Positions 46,014 to 59,335 of a stretch of DNA of 64,000 nucleotides are shown here, one piece after another. How positions within the stretch are numbered: position 1 is the first letter of the stretch; each line of letters begins with the position of its first letter. Source of the stretch: Candidatus Omnitrophota bacterium (GTDB taxonomy: Bacteria > Omnitrophota > Gorgyraeia > Zapsychrales > Zapsychraceae); NCBI GenBank assembly GCA_035292445.1, contig DATDQB010000023.1, positions 25,533 to 89,532 of the forward strand, in the 5' to 3' direction. The notes under the pieces were generated by a model that searched no databases, was not told the origin of the DNA, and worked only from the letters and a program-made list of their open reading frames with translations. The translations under genes were made by a program, and so were the position numbers.

Positions 46014-47510
46014 ATGGTAAAAAAATACATCTTAGCGTTGGACCAGGGCACAACGGGATCGAGGGCTTTTATTTTCGATGGAATGGGGCGTATCGTTACC
46101 AGCCATTACAGGGAATTTAAACAGTATTATCCCAAGCCCGGCTGGGTCGAGCATGACGCGGATGAGATCTGGGCTTCGTGCTGCGAGGTCATCAAAGGCG
46201 CGATCAGTAAGGCGGGGATCGACAAGAAACAGATCGCTGCCGTCGGTATTACCAATCAGCGGGAAACAACCGTTTTATGGGATCGCGCGACATCAAGGCC
46301 TCTCGCCAGGGCCATCGTTTGGCAATGCCGGCGCACTGCCGATATTTGTAGGGGCATAGCGCGCTATGCCCCTACATTCAAACGAAAAACGGGCCTTGTG
46401 CTGGACCCGTATTTCAGCGGGACAAAGATCAAATGGCTCTTGGATAACGTGAAGGGCCTGCGTTCAAGGGCGCGAGAAGGGAAGGTCTGTTTTGGCACCA
46501 TTGACAGTTGGCTTATTTGGAAATTAACCGGCGGTAAGTCTCACGCAACGGATGTCACCAATGCTTCCCGCACGTTGATCTTCAATATACGGAATTTAAA
46601 ATGGGACGATGAATTATTAAGGATTTTGAGTATACCAAAATCAATTTTGCCTAAGGCTCAAAATTCTGGGTCAATTTTTGGATATACTGCCGTAGGGGCG
46701 CAGCATGCTGCGCCCCTACCGTCTGGTATTCCAATTGCCGCCGTGTTAGGCGACCAACAAGCGGCATTATACGGACAAGGCTGTTATGCGCCAGGAAGCG
46801 TTAAGAATACTTATGGCACGGGATGTTTTATCATGCTCAATACGGGAAGAAAATTGATCTATTCAAAGAAGGGCTTGTTGACAACGCTCGCCAGCGACGA
46901 TCAAGGGAGGCCCGTTTACGCCTTGGAGGGCGCCATTTTTATCGCCGGCGCGGCGGTCCAATGGCTGCGCGATGAATTGAAAACGATTAAAACATCTGCC
47001 GAATCCGATAAAGCCATCAAGGGCCTTAAGGACACTAACGGAGTTTATTTTGTGCCGGCATTTACGGGCCTTGGCGCGCCTTATTGGGACGCACATGCCC
47101 GGGGGCTTATTACCGGTTTGACGCGAGGCGCGAACCGACAGCACATTATCCGGGCGGCATTGGAGGCGATCGCGTATCAGGTCAAAGATGTTTTTGACAT
47201 CATGAAGAAAGAATCCGGTCGGGCTATCCCCGAATTAAAAGTTGATGGCGGCGCTTGCCGCAGCGACTTTTTAATGCAGTTTCAGGCCGACCTTCTCAAT
47301 TGCCGCATCGTGCGGCCCAGGGTCATTGAGTCGACGGCGCAAGGGGCGGCGCATTTGGCCGGGGTGACGGTAGGGTTGTGGCGAGGCAAAAAAGATTTAA
47401 AAGCCCTCCAAAAGAAAGATCGCGTTTTCATCCCGCGAATGAAAGTCCGTAAGCGTGAAGAGTTGTATGCGGGCTGGCAAAGAGCCGTTACCCAGGCAAG
47501 AACGACATGA
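46014..47510 (+). CDS. glpK: Glycerol kinase
   Basis: LALDQGTTGSR, GITNQRET, DPYFSGTK, GDQQAALYGQ, KNTYGTGCF, LGAPYWD. Confidence 0.98.
   Translation: MVKKYILALDQGTTGSRAFIFDGMGRIVTSHYREFKQYYPKPGWVEHDADEIWASCCEVIKGAISKAGIDKKQIAAVGITNQRETTVLWDRATSRPLARAIVWQCRRTADICRGIARYAPTFKRKTGLVLDPYFSGTKIKWLLDNVKGLRSRAREGKVCFGTIDSWLIWKLTGGKSHATDVTNASRTLIFNIRNLKWDDELLRILSIPKSILPKAQNSGSIFGYTAVGAQHAAPLPSGIPIAAVLGDQQAALYGQGCYAPGSVKNTYGTGCFIMLNTGRKLIYSKKGLLTTLASDDQGRPVYALEGAIFIAGAAVQWLRDELKTIKTSAESDKAIKGLKDTNGVYFVPAFTGLGAPYWDAHARGLITGLTRGANRQHIIRAALEAIAYQVKDVFDIMKKESGRAIPELKVDGGACRSDFLMQFQADLLNCRIVRPRVIESTAQGAAHLAGVTVGLWRGKKDLKALQKKDRVFIPRMKVRKREELYAGWQRAVTQARTT
46692..46719. repeat. GTAG-type REP palindrome inside glpK
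   Basis: Perfect 28-bp palindrome GTAGGGGCGCAGCA-TGCTGCGCCCCTAC. Confidence 0.8.
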
Positions 47511-49012
47511 AGCGTGATATCAAGAAATGCACTGAGGGCATTTTTGATCTTTTGGTCATTGGCGGCGGGATCAACGGCGCTGCCATCGCTCACATGGCGG
47601 CGTTGAATGGCCTTAAAACGTGCCTTTTAGAAAAGGATGATTTTGCCGGCGGAACCTCCAGCAAATCGACAAAGATCGTTCACGGCGGGTTACGGTACCT
47701 GGAGAATTTTGAGTTCGGCCTTGTGCGCGAAGCCCTCCGCGAACGCACGGTCCAGATAAAGAACGCCTCCCACCTTGTAAAACCATTGGGTTTTATCATT
47801 CCCGTCTATAAAACAGACAGCCGGCCGTTATGGCTGATGAAGTTGGGCGTCTTGTTGTATGATCTTTTAAGCGGGAAATATTTGATCCACAAAAGGCGAA
47901 GCCTCACATCTGCCGAGATAGAGCATTTGGTGCCGGGGATAAAAAAGGAAGGATTGGTCGGCGGCATACTTTATTACGACGGGCAAATGGACGATGCGCG
48001 CTTGGTTTTGGAAAATGTCCTAAGCGCCGATGAGAAGGGGGCGCGTGTCGCTAATTATGTTGAGGTCAAGTCTTTGCTCAAACAGCTGGGGAAAACGGTG
48101 GGGGTCGAGGCCTATGACAAGATCCATCAAAGGCCCTTTCAGGTCAGGGCTAAAAAAATTGTTTGTGCTGTTGGCGCATGGACGGATCTGTTCTTGGATA
48201 AGGAGCATGCCCAGATGCCTCAAAAGGTGCGCGCCACCAAAGGCGCCCATATCGTCTATCGCGGGCAGGTCTGTGACCACGCGCTTTTGGTGCCGACAGC
48301 ATCGGAGCGAAGGGTTTTCTTTGTCATTCCCTGGCACGGAAACTCATTGATCGGGACAACAGACACCGATTTCGGCGGCAACCCGGATCAGGTCACTGCC
48401 GAAGACGACGATATCGCGTATTTGTTCAAAGAAGCCTCCCGCGTATTTCCCGATGTTGATTTCAAGAAGGAGGATATCATAACGACCTTCGCCGGCCTTC
48501 GGCCGCTGGCTTTCAGGGAAGGCGCGCCATCGTCCATATCCAGAAGGCATCAAATCGAAGAATCGTATTCAGGCGTTGTGTATGTTTACGGCGGGAAATA
48601 CACGACCTATCGAAAGATCGCGGAAGATGTCTTAAAGCACGTTACTAAAAAAGACCTTGTTGATACAAGCCAACATTTTCCTCTTTATGGAAGCGGCGAA
48701 ATATCCCAAACAGCTTCCGATGTCGCCCAGCAGGCCGGCCTTGACGAAGGGGTAATTGAAAATTTGTTTAATATGTACGGCATCCGTTATCAGGACGTCT
48801 TAAAGCTTGTTGAAGAAGATCCAGATCTGAAAGAGCCGGTTGCCTCGCACTCGAAGTTTATCAAAGCCCAGATCGTTTACGCCATTGAAACGGAAATGGC
48901 GCAGACGGAGGATGATATTTTGTCTCGACGGCTGGGCTTGATTTACGAGGACATTGACACCAAGCCATGCAAAGACGCTGTTAATGAATTTTTGATAAAA
49001 GCACATTCTTAA
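47507..49012 (+). CDS. glpD: FAD-dependent glycerol-3-phosphate dehydrogenase/oxidase
   Basis: IGGGINGA, DFAGGTSSKSTKIVHGGLRYLE, DDARL, IGTTD, FAGLRPL, GGKYTTYR. Confidence 0.96.
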   Translation: MKRDIKKCTEGIFDLLVIGGGINGAAIAHMAALNGLKTCLLEKDDFAGGTSSKSTKIVHGGLRYLENFEFGLVREALRERTVQIKNASHLVKPLGFIIPVYKTDSRPLWLMKLGVLLYDLLSGKYLIHKRRSLTSAEIEHLVPGIKKEGLVGGILYYDGQMDDARLVLENVLSADEKGARVANYVEVKSLLKQLGKTVGVEAYDKIHQRPFQVRAKKIVCAVGAWTDLFLDKEHAQMPQKVRATKGAHIVYRGQVCDHALLVPTASERRVFFVIPWHGNSLIGTTDTDFGGNPDQVTAEDDDIAYLFKEASRVFPDVDFKKEDIITTFAGLRPLAFREGAPSSISRRHQIEESYSGVVYVYGGKYTTYRKIAEDVLKHVTKKDLVDTSQHFPLYGSGEISQTASDVAQQAGLDEGVIENLFNMYGIRYQDVLKLVEEDPDLKEPVASHSKFIKAQIVYAIETEMAQTEDDILSRRLGLIYEDIDTKPCKDAVNEFLIKAHS

Positions 49013-49027
49013 ACAAAGGAGTTCGTC

Positions 49028-50488
49028 ATGAAATTCGCCATCCCGAAATTATGTTTAATGTTTGTTCTCACCGCACAGCTTTGTTTGGCGCAGGAAGTCC
49101 AAAAGAGCACCATCGATGATCAGAAAAATGTCGAGGTAACGGTTTATAACAGCGACATCGGCCTGGTCAAAGATACCCGGCGGATCAATCTGAGGCAGGG
49201 AGAAGGAGAGTTGCGGTTCATGGACGTGGCAGCGTATATCAATCCCGTAACGGTCCATATCAAGTCGCTCAATAATCCAAAATCATTCATGGTGCTGGAG
49301 CAAAATTACGAATACGATCTCATGGATGCCAATAAATTGCTGGATAAATACGTCGGGCAAAAGGTCAAGCTGTTGACGTACAATGAATATCAGGATAAAA
49401 AAGAAGAGATCGAGGCGGAGTTGCTAAGCAACAATAACGGGCAGATCTTTAAGATCGGCAACGAAATCCACTTGGGCCATCCCGGGTTTAAAATCCTGCC
49501 AAAAATCCCGGAAAATTTGATCGCTAAGCCAACACTTTCTTGGCAGTACGACAATTCAGGCGCGAAGGAACACGAAGTGGAGGTTTCTTATTTGACCAAT
49601 TACATTAACTGGAAAGCCGATTATATCGTCGTCCTGAACCAAGACGACACCAAGGCCGATCTGTCGGGATGGGTGAGCCTGGATAATCGAAGCGGGACAA
49701 TGTATAACAATGCCAAATTAAAACTTGTCGCCGGCGAGATTAATCGTGTTTATGATGCCGTGGGCGGTTTAAGAAGCGATATGGTCGCTAAATCAGCTAT
49801 GGCTATGGAATCCGCGCCCCAATTCGTTGAGCAGGGATTTTTCGAGTACCATATTTATGATCTCCAGCGGCGTACAACGATAAAAAACAATCAAACCAAG
49901 CAGATCAATTTATTGGAAGCCGCAGACATTAAAACTGAAAAAGAGCTTTTGGTCCATGGGCAGAATTATTATTTTATTGGCCAGTATGCCGGCCAAGAGC
50001 TCAAAGACCCGGTTGAAGTTTTTGTTAAATTTAAGAATGAGAAGGAGAATAATCTGGGCATGCCACTTCCGGCCGGTACCATGCGGCTTTATAAGAAAGA
50101 CCAGGAAGACAGCCTTCAGTTCATCGGGGAGGACCGCATCGAGCATACGCCCAAAGATGAAGAGGTTGAATTAAAGATCGGCAAGGCCTTTGATGTGGTT
50201 GAAGAGCGCAAGCAATCCGCCTTTCAAAGTGAATATCTAGGTGGTGATTATGTCTATGAATCGGAGTGGGAGATCACGTTACGAAACCACAAAGAAGAAG
50301 ACGTGGTGGTAGGCATTATCGAGCCCATGGCGTATGCCAACTGGCAGATATTAACGGCAACGCATCCTTATGAGAAAAAAGACGCTTTCACCGTCCAGTT
50401 TACGGTACCTGTTCCCAAAGACAAGGAAGTAAAGCTCATCTACCGTATAGAGGTCAGCAGCTCCAAATCCCGGTTATCAAAGCAATAA
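49028..50488 (+). CDS. Secreted DUF4139-domain protein
   Basis: Signal peptide; VTVYNSDIGLVKD.R, EQNYEYDL, SYLT..INWKADY, LGMPLPAG..RLY, GEDRIEHTPKDE. Confidence 0.85.
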   Translation: MKFAIPKLCLMFVLTAQLCLAQEVQKSTIDDQKNVEVTVYNSDIGLVKDTRRINLRQGEGELRFMDVAAYINPVTVHIKSLNNPKSFMVLEQNYEYDLMDANKLLDKYVGQKVKLLTYNEYQDKKEEIEAELLSNNNGQIFKIGNEIHLGHPGFKILPKIPENLIAKPTLSWQYDNSGAKEHEVEVSYLTNYINWKADYIVVLNQDDTKADLSGWVSLDNRSGTMYNNAKLKLVAGEINRVYDAVGGLRSDMVAKSAMAMESAPQFVEQGFFEYHIYDLQRRTTIKNNQTKQINLLEAADIKTEKELLVHGQNYYFIGQYAGQELKDPVEVFVKFKNEKENNLGMPLPAGTMRLYKKDQEDSLQFIGEDRIEHTPKDEEVELKIGKAFDVVEERKQSAFQSEYLGGDYVYESEWEITLRNHKEEDVVVGIIEPMAYANWQILTATHPYEKKDAFTVQFTVPVPKDKEVKLIYRIEVSSSKSRLSKQ

Positions 50489-50527
50489 AATAGGCCATTA
50501 AGCCGTTATGTTAGCCCAAAATTCAAG

Positions 50528-50555
50528 TTGACAAAAGTGGCCGAAATGATATATT
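50528..50555 (+). promoter_or_regulatory. sigma70-type promoter upstream of carA
   Basis: TTGACA, 16 bp spacer, TGn-TATATT. Confidence 0.55.
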
Positions 50556-50621
50556 GTTCCAGGCTATTGAAGTTGATAGTCCTACCTTGATATCCTACTT
50601 ATACAAATATTATAAGACTAC

Positions 50622-51725
50622 ATGAGTAAAGCCATACTTTTTCTGGAAGACGGCACGCATTTTATTGGCGAGTCGCTATCCGCACAGGGAGAAACTGCGG
50701 GCGAAATCGTCTTTAATACGGCGATGACGGGCTATCAAGAGGTTTTGACAGACCCATCCTACGCCGGCCAGATCGTTTGCATGACGTACCCACTCATCGG
50801 CAACTACGGCATCAACGATGAAGACGGCGAATCCAAAAAAATTCATCTCAAAGGTTTTGTCGTTAAGGAATTCTGCCGCGTCCATTCCAATTACCGGGCC
50901 ACCCAAAGCCTGATCGATTATTTGGATAAGAATAAGATCATCGCCATTGAAGGCATTGACACCCGCGCGCTCACGCGCCACCTTCGTATGGCCGGCGCCA
51001 TGAAAGCGCTCATTTCCACGACCGATTTTGACTTAGCAAGCCTCAAGAAAAAGATCGCTAAAATCCCTTCCATGGAAGGAAGCGATTGGGTCAAAAAGGT
51101 CACGACCAAAAAGAAATATATTTGGCAGGAAAAGGACGCGCCCAAACCGCGGTTTAAGGTGGCGGCCATCGATTGCGGGATCAAATTCAACATTTTGCGC
51201 ATTTTAACGCGGCTGGGCTGCGAAGTTCACGTGTTCCCGGCCGATGCGACGCCCAAAGAAATAATGGCCATCAAACCCGACGGGCTTTTTATCTCCAACG
51301 GCCCCGGCGACCCCGCCGCGATCACCTACACCATTGAAACGGTCAGAAAATTGTTCGGAAAATTGCCCGTCTTCGGGATCTGCTTGGGGCATCAGATCGT
51401 GGGGCTTGCTTTGGGAGGGCAGACGTATAAATTAAAATTCGGCCATCACGGGGCGAACCACCCGGTCAAAGACCTATTGGATAACCGCATCGGCATTACC
51501 TCACAGAATCACGGGTTTTGCGTGGACATAAAGACGCTTAAACCCAAAGAGGTCGAGATGATCGACATCAATTTGAACGACCAAACACTTGAAGGCATAC
51601 GCCATAAACAGATGCCGATTTTATCGTTCCAGCATCATCCGGAAGCAGCACCAGGCCCGCATGATGCGCAGTATCTGTTCGGATATTTTATAAAGATGAT
51701 GGAAAAAAATAGTAAGAAAAAATGA
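50622..51725 (+). CDS. carA: Carbamoyl-phosphate synthase small subunit
   Basis: GEIVFNTAMTGYQE.LTDPSY, SNGPGDP, FGICLGHQ, SQNHGF, QHHPEAAPGPHD. Confidence 0.98.
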   Translation: MSKAILFLEDGTHFIGESLSAQGETAGEIVFNTAMTGYQEVLTDPSYAGQIVCMTYPLIGNYGINDEDGESKKIHLKGFVVKEFCRVHSNYRATQSLIDYLDKNKIIAIEGIDTRALTRHLRMAGAMKALISTTDFDLASLKKKIAKIPSMEGSDWVKKVTTKKKYIWQEKDAPKPRFKVAAIDCGIKFNILRILTRLGCEVHVFPADATPKEIMAIKPDGLFISNGPGDPAAITYTIETVRKLFGKLPVFGICLGHQIVGLALGGQTYKLKFGHHGANHPVKDLLDNRIGITSQNHGFCVDIKTLKPKEVEMIDINLNDQTLEGIRHKQMPILSFQHHPEAAPGPHDAQYLFGYFIKMMEKNSKKK

Positions 51726-51729
51726 ATGT

Positions 51730-51785
51730 GGTTACCTGTTACCAGTAACCAGTTTCCGGTAACGGGAAACGGGCAACTGGTAACC
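51730..51785. repeat. Heptamer-periodic palindrome (unit GTTACCA / TGGTAAC)
   Basis: g gttacct gttacca gtaacca gtttcc | ggtaac gggaaac gggcaac tggtaac c, symmetric about 51757/51758. Confidence 0.8.
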
Positions 51786-51808
51786 CGAAGTAATATTTAA
51801 GACGCGAA

Positions 51809-55092
<3,284 letters not shown>

Positions 55093-55108
<16 letters not shown>

Positions 55109-56469
55109 GGATATCCCACCATAAAGATGCGGCCAAAATTGCGTACATGGGCCTTTACGCCCTTCAGCACCGCGGGGAGGAGGCCGCCGGCATCGCCTCC
55201 TTTGACGGCAAGCATTTTCACATCGTCAAGAATCCGGGGTTGGTGGCGGATGCTTTCGATGAAAGATCCCTGCGGGGGTTAAAAGGGGAAACGGCGATTG
55301 GCCATTGCCGGTATTCAACGACCGGCTCATCGACGGCAAAGAACGTGCAGCCCTTTATGGTGCAGCATCGCGGTAAGCCGATCGCTATCGCGCATAACGG
55401 GAATTTGACGAACACGGCGGAATTGTATAAAAAACTCGAGGAAAGCGGGTCTATTTTTCAGACCACGATGGACTCCGAGCTCATCGTCCATTTGCTGGCG
55501 CACACGAAAAACGGTGATGTGAAAGAGTGGTTCATGCGCGTTTTGCCTCAATTAAAGGGAGCGTTCTCATTGGTCTTTTTGTGGGGCGATATGATCATCG
55601 GCGCCCGCGACCCGCATGGATTCAGGCCCCTTTGTCTGGGGGAGTTTGAGGGAAGTTATATTTTGGCCAGTGAAAGCTGCGCGCTGGATCTGATCCGCGC
55701 CCAGTTCATCCGGGAGATCGAGCCCGGCGAGGTTGTTTTTATTAATGGCAATAAAATAGAGTCGGCCTTTTTGCCCGAGGCCAAAATGACCAAGCGTTGT
55801 TCGTGCATCTTTGAAAACATTTATTTTGCCCGGCCTGACAGTAACATTTTTGATGATAACGTGTATCAAGTGAGAAAACGCTTGGGCGCGCAATTGGCCA
55901 AAGAACATCCGGTCAAGGACGCGGATTTTGTCATGTCGATCCCTGACTCCGGAAATTATGCGGCGATCGGTTATGCGGAAGAACTTAGGTTGCCCTACGA
56001 AGTCGGCATTATCCGCAATCACTATATCGGGCGCACGTTCATTCAGCCGACCCAGCTGTTGCGCGATCTGCGCGTTAAGATCAAGCTTAATCCGATCAAA
56101 AGCGTACTCGATGGTAAAAAAATCGTTGTCGTCGAAGATTCGATCGTGCGGGGGACCACATCAAGGGGACGCGTGGACGCGCTACGGCGCGTCGGTGCTA
56201 AGGAGATCCATATGCGCATCAGCTGTCCGCCGATCAAATCGCCGTGTTTTTACGGGATCGATTTTCCCAGCAAGCGCGAGCTCATCGCATCGACCAAGTC
56301 GGTGGAGGAGATCGCTGATTTTATCAAGGTGGATTCGCTTAAGTATTTGAGTATGGAAGGCATGTTATCGGTCATGAAACAGCCGAACAATTTTTGTCAT
56401 GCGTGTTTCTCGGGCAAGTACCCGACGCAAATACCAACGAAGAAAAGCAAATATTTATTAGAAGTATAA
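55093..56469 (+). CDS. purF: Amidophosphoribosyltransferase
   Basis: [50 protein letters not shown]. Confidence 0.98.
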
Positions 56470-56473
56470 ATCC

Positions 56474-58087
56474 ATGGGCAAATTTATTTTTATAACCGGA
56501 GGCGTTGTTTCAAGCTTGGGCAAAGGCATTGCCGCCGCCTCTATCGGCAAATTGCTGGAGGCGCGCGGGCTTAAAACAACGATCATCAAGTGCGACCCGT
56601 ATCTTAACGTCGATCCGGGGACGATGAACCCTTATCAGCACGGGGAAGTCTATGTGACCGATGACGGGGCGGAAACGGATCTGGACCTGGGTCATTATGA
56701 ACGCTTCACCAACGCCCTTATCACCAAAGACAGTAATATAACGACGGGAAAGATCTATTATACGGTCATCACCAAAGAACGTCGCGGTGATTATCTGGGC
56801 AAGACCGTCCAGATCATCCCGCACATCACCGATGAGATCAAACGCAGCATCCGAAAAGTTTCCAAAGACCAGGATGTGGATGTCACGATCGTTGAGATCG
56901 GGGGCACGGTTGGGGATATCGAAAGCTTGCCGTTTTTGGAGGCCATTCGCCAGCTTCGTTGGGAGTTGGGCGAAGGGTACGGCGTTAATATCCACGTCAC
57001 CCTTTTGCCTTATATCCGTTCCGCCGGCGAACAAAAAACCAAACCGACCCAACATAGCGTGGGGCGCCTTCGGGAGATCGGTATCACACCGGATATTTTG
57101 ATGTGCCGTACCGAGCGTAAGATCACCAAGGACCAAAGAGAGAAGATCGCTCTTTTTTGTAACGTCGAGCCCGAGGCCGTTATCGAGGCGATCGACGTCC
57201 GGCATATCTATGAAGTGCCGCTCGCGTTGAAAAAAGAAGGATTGGACGACTTGATTTTGCGCAAGCTGCATCTGAAGCGGGAATCCAAAGATCTGAAAGA
57301 CTGGAAAAATCTGGTCATTAAATGCCTAAAACACCCCGAGCAGGAAGTTGATGTTTGTGTCGTCGGAAAGTACATTTCCCTTCCGGATGCCTATAAATCC
57401 ATTTATGAAGCGCTGGTCCACGGCGGCATTGCCAATAACGCGAGAGTTAACATTATAAAAATCGACGCCGAAAAGGTTGATAAGCGCACCATCGAAGGCA
57501 AACTAAAGAATGCACACGGCATCCTTGTCCCCGGTGGATTCGGCGATCGCGGGATCGAAGGCAAGATCAAGGCCGTCCAGTTCGCCCGCGAGAATAAGAT
57601 CCCTTATTTTGGGATTTGCCTGGGGATGCAGGTGGCTTGTATCGAATTTGCCAGGGATGTTTGTGATATGAAAGGCGCGGATTCGACGGAATTTGACAAG
57701 GATACCAAATATCCGGTCATTTCTTTGTTGGAGGAGCAGCGGGACATCAAAGAGCTGGGGGCAACGATGCGCCTGGGCGCCTATGGGTGCAAAATTAACA
57801 AGACTTCCCTAAGCTACAAGGCATATAAAAAGGAACAGATCTCTGAGCGGCACCGCCATCGTTATGAATTTAATAATAACTACCGGGAGGCTTTTGAAAA
57901 AGCGGGAATGGTTTTTACCGGCATTAATCCGCAGCAAGATTTGGTAGAAATTATCGAGCTGAAAGATCATCCCTGGTTTGTGGCCGGCCAATTCCATCCG
58001 GAATTCCAGTCCAAGCCGGATCGCGCCCATCCGTTGTTCAGAGATTTCGTTAAAGCGGCGTTAATTTATAAGAAGGAAAAGAAGTAG
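56474..58087 (+). CDS. pyrG: CTP synthase
   Basis: [52 protein letters not shown]. Confidence 0.99.
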   Translation: MGKFIFITGGVVSSLGKGIAAASIGKLLEARGLKTTIIKCDPYLNVDPGTMNPYQHGEVYVTDDGAETDLDLGHYERFTNALITKDSNITTGKIYYTVITKERRGDYLGKTVQIIPHITDEIKRSIRKVSKDQDVDVTIVEIGGTVGDIESLPFLEAIRQLRWELGEGYGVNIHVTLLPYIRSAGEQKTKPTQHSVGRLREIGITPDILMCRTERKITKDQREKIALFCNVEPEAVIEAIDVRHIYEVPLALKKEGLDDLILRKLHLKRESKDLKDWKNLVIKCLKHPEQEVDVCVVGKYISLPDAYKSIYEALVHGGIANNARVNIIKIDAEKVDKRTIEGKLKNAHGILVPGGFGDRGIEGKIKAVQFARENKIPYFGICLGMQVACIEFARDVCDMKGADSTEFDKDTKYPVISLLEEQRDIKELGATMRLGAYGCKINKTSLSYKAYKKEQISERHRHRYEFNNNYREAFEKAGMVFTGINPQQDLVEIIELKDHPWFVAGQFHPEFQSKPDRAHPLFRDFVKAALIYKKEKK

Positions 58088-58102
58088 GTTTGAGGTAGAT
58101 TT

Positions 58103-58184
58103 GCGTGGGTGGCGGAATTGGTATACGCGCACGTTTGAGGGGCGTGTGGGGCAACCCGTGAGAGTTCAATTCTCTCCCCACGCA
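58103..58184 (+). tRNA. tRNA-Leu(GAG)
   Basis: Acceptor GCGTGGG/CCCACGC, CACGT-TTGAGGG-GCGTG, long variable arm, GAGAG-TTCAATT-CTCTC; CCA not encoded. Confidence 0.95.
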
Positions 58185-58185
58185 C

Positions 58186-58496
58186 TAATTTCGATGGTTC
58201 CCCCGTTTTTTCTAAATGAATATTTTAATAAGGTAAACGGGGCCCCGCCTACAATAATATTTTTAGGAAACGGCGGGGAAGTCCACTCCCGCGCATAAAC
58301 TTGGGAGTTCTCCCGACGCTCACTTACGTTCGGTCGGGACCCCGACTGAGCATAAGCGAACGTCGGGGAATTCTCTCCCCGCGCATTCTGCTTCGCCCCG
58401 ATGCTTTCGCTCGGGGCTTCGCAGGAATAAATTTCAGCGAAGCAGAATGTTCCTACGAAGCTCAAAGCGGAAGCATTTGAGCGGAGTAGAACATTT
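58186..58496. repeat. tRNA-linked array of long hairpins with duplicated tRNA 3' ends
   Basis: tRNA end AATTCTCTCCCCACGCA (58168-58184) recurs as AATTCTCTCCCCGCGCA (58369-58385) and degenerately at 58279-58295; three palindromic blocks. Confidence 0.75.
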
Positions 58497-58510
58497 AAGG
58501 AAAAATAATA

Positions 58511-59215
58511 ATGTCCAAATCGATAAAAGTCGCCGCCAGCATTCTCTGCGCCGATTTTACCAAACTCGGTGATGAGATTAAAAAATGCGAAGATGCCGGC
58601 GTTGATATGCTCCACATTGATGTGATGGACGGCAATTTCGTCCCCAATATCAGTATCGGTCAGGTGATCCTGGAGGCGATCCGCCCTATCACGAAACTTC
58701 CCATCGAAACGCACTTGATGATCGAGCATCCATGGTTTTATATCGATGAATTCTGCGATAAGGGGGCGGACATTGTTTCTATTCATGCCGAGTGCTATGG
58801 CCCAAGAAGAATGGGAAAAGAGCAACTGGAGTTTCCCAAAGAAGTTGACACAATCGATGCCCAGCGCGCCCGCAAAGACATTTTGCGCATCAAGAAAAAA
58901 GGGAAAAAAGCGTTCATGACGATCAATCCAGGCACACCCCCCTGCCTGGACGGCGTGCTCAAAGACTTGGATGGCGTTTTGGTGATGTCGGTCAATCCCG
59001 GTTTTGCCAAACAGGCCTTTAACCCCATCGCCCTATCCAAGATCGAACAATTAAGAAAATCTTTTAAAGGGGATATCGCCATCGATGGGGGCGTCAATGA
59101 TAAGACAGCCCCCGGTTGCGTCAAAGCCGGGGCCAATATCCTCGCCACCGCCAGCTATTTCTTCAATTCTCCTAACCCCAAAAGGGCTGTTCAATTTCTC
59201 AAAAGCCTCGCCTGA
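58511..59215 (+). CDS. rpe: Ribulose-phosphate 3-epimerase
   Basis: SILCADF, HIDVMDGNFVPNISIG, HLMI, VMSVNPGF, IDGGVN. Confidence 0.96.
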   Translation: MSKSIKVAASILCADFTKLGDEIKKCEDAGVDMLHIDVMDGNFVPNISIGQVILEAIRPITKLPIETHLMIEHPWFYIDEFCDKGADIVSIHAECYGPRRMGKEQLEFPKEVDTIDAQRARKDILRIKKKGKKAFMTINPGTPPCLDGVLKDLDGVLVMSVNPGFAKQAFNPIALSKIEQLRKSFKGDIAIDGGVNDKTAPGCVKAGANILATASYFFNSPNPKRAVQFLKSLA

Positions 59216-59251
59216 TTTTTAGTTATAAATATTAATAAAAAATACTCTTTA

Positions 59252-59280
59252 TTGCCCAAGAAATACCTACATGTTATATT
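59252..59280 (+). promoter_or_regulatory. Candidate sigma70 promoter for the Cys-rich gene
   Basis: TTGCCC, 17 bp spacer, TGn-TATATT; followed by a hairpin at 59289-59321. Confidence 0.5.
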
Positions 59281-59335
59281 TAAATAAAGTTGTCCCGGCT
59301 TGAGCAAGCCATTGGGACAGCATCCATTTTCCATC

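Noticed and set aside
50562-50581. GAAGTT hexaloop hairpin in the carA leader as an ANTAR site
   Set aside because: Single hairpin closed by U-G, with no partner and no terminator.
58101-58825. ORFs 58101-58298 (+) and 58166-58825 (-)
   Set aside because: They overlap tRNA-Leu, the hairpin array and rpe antisense.
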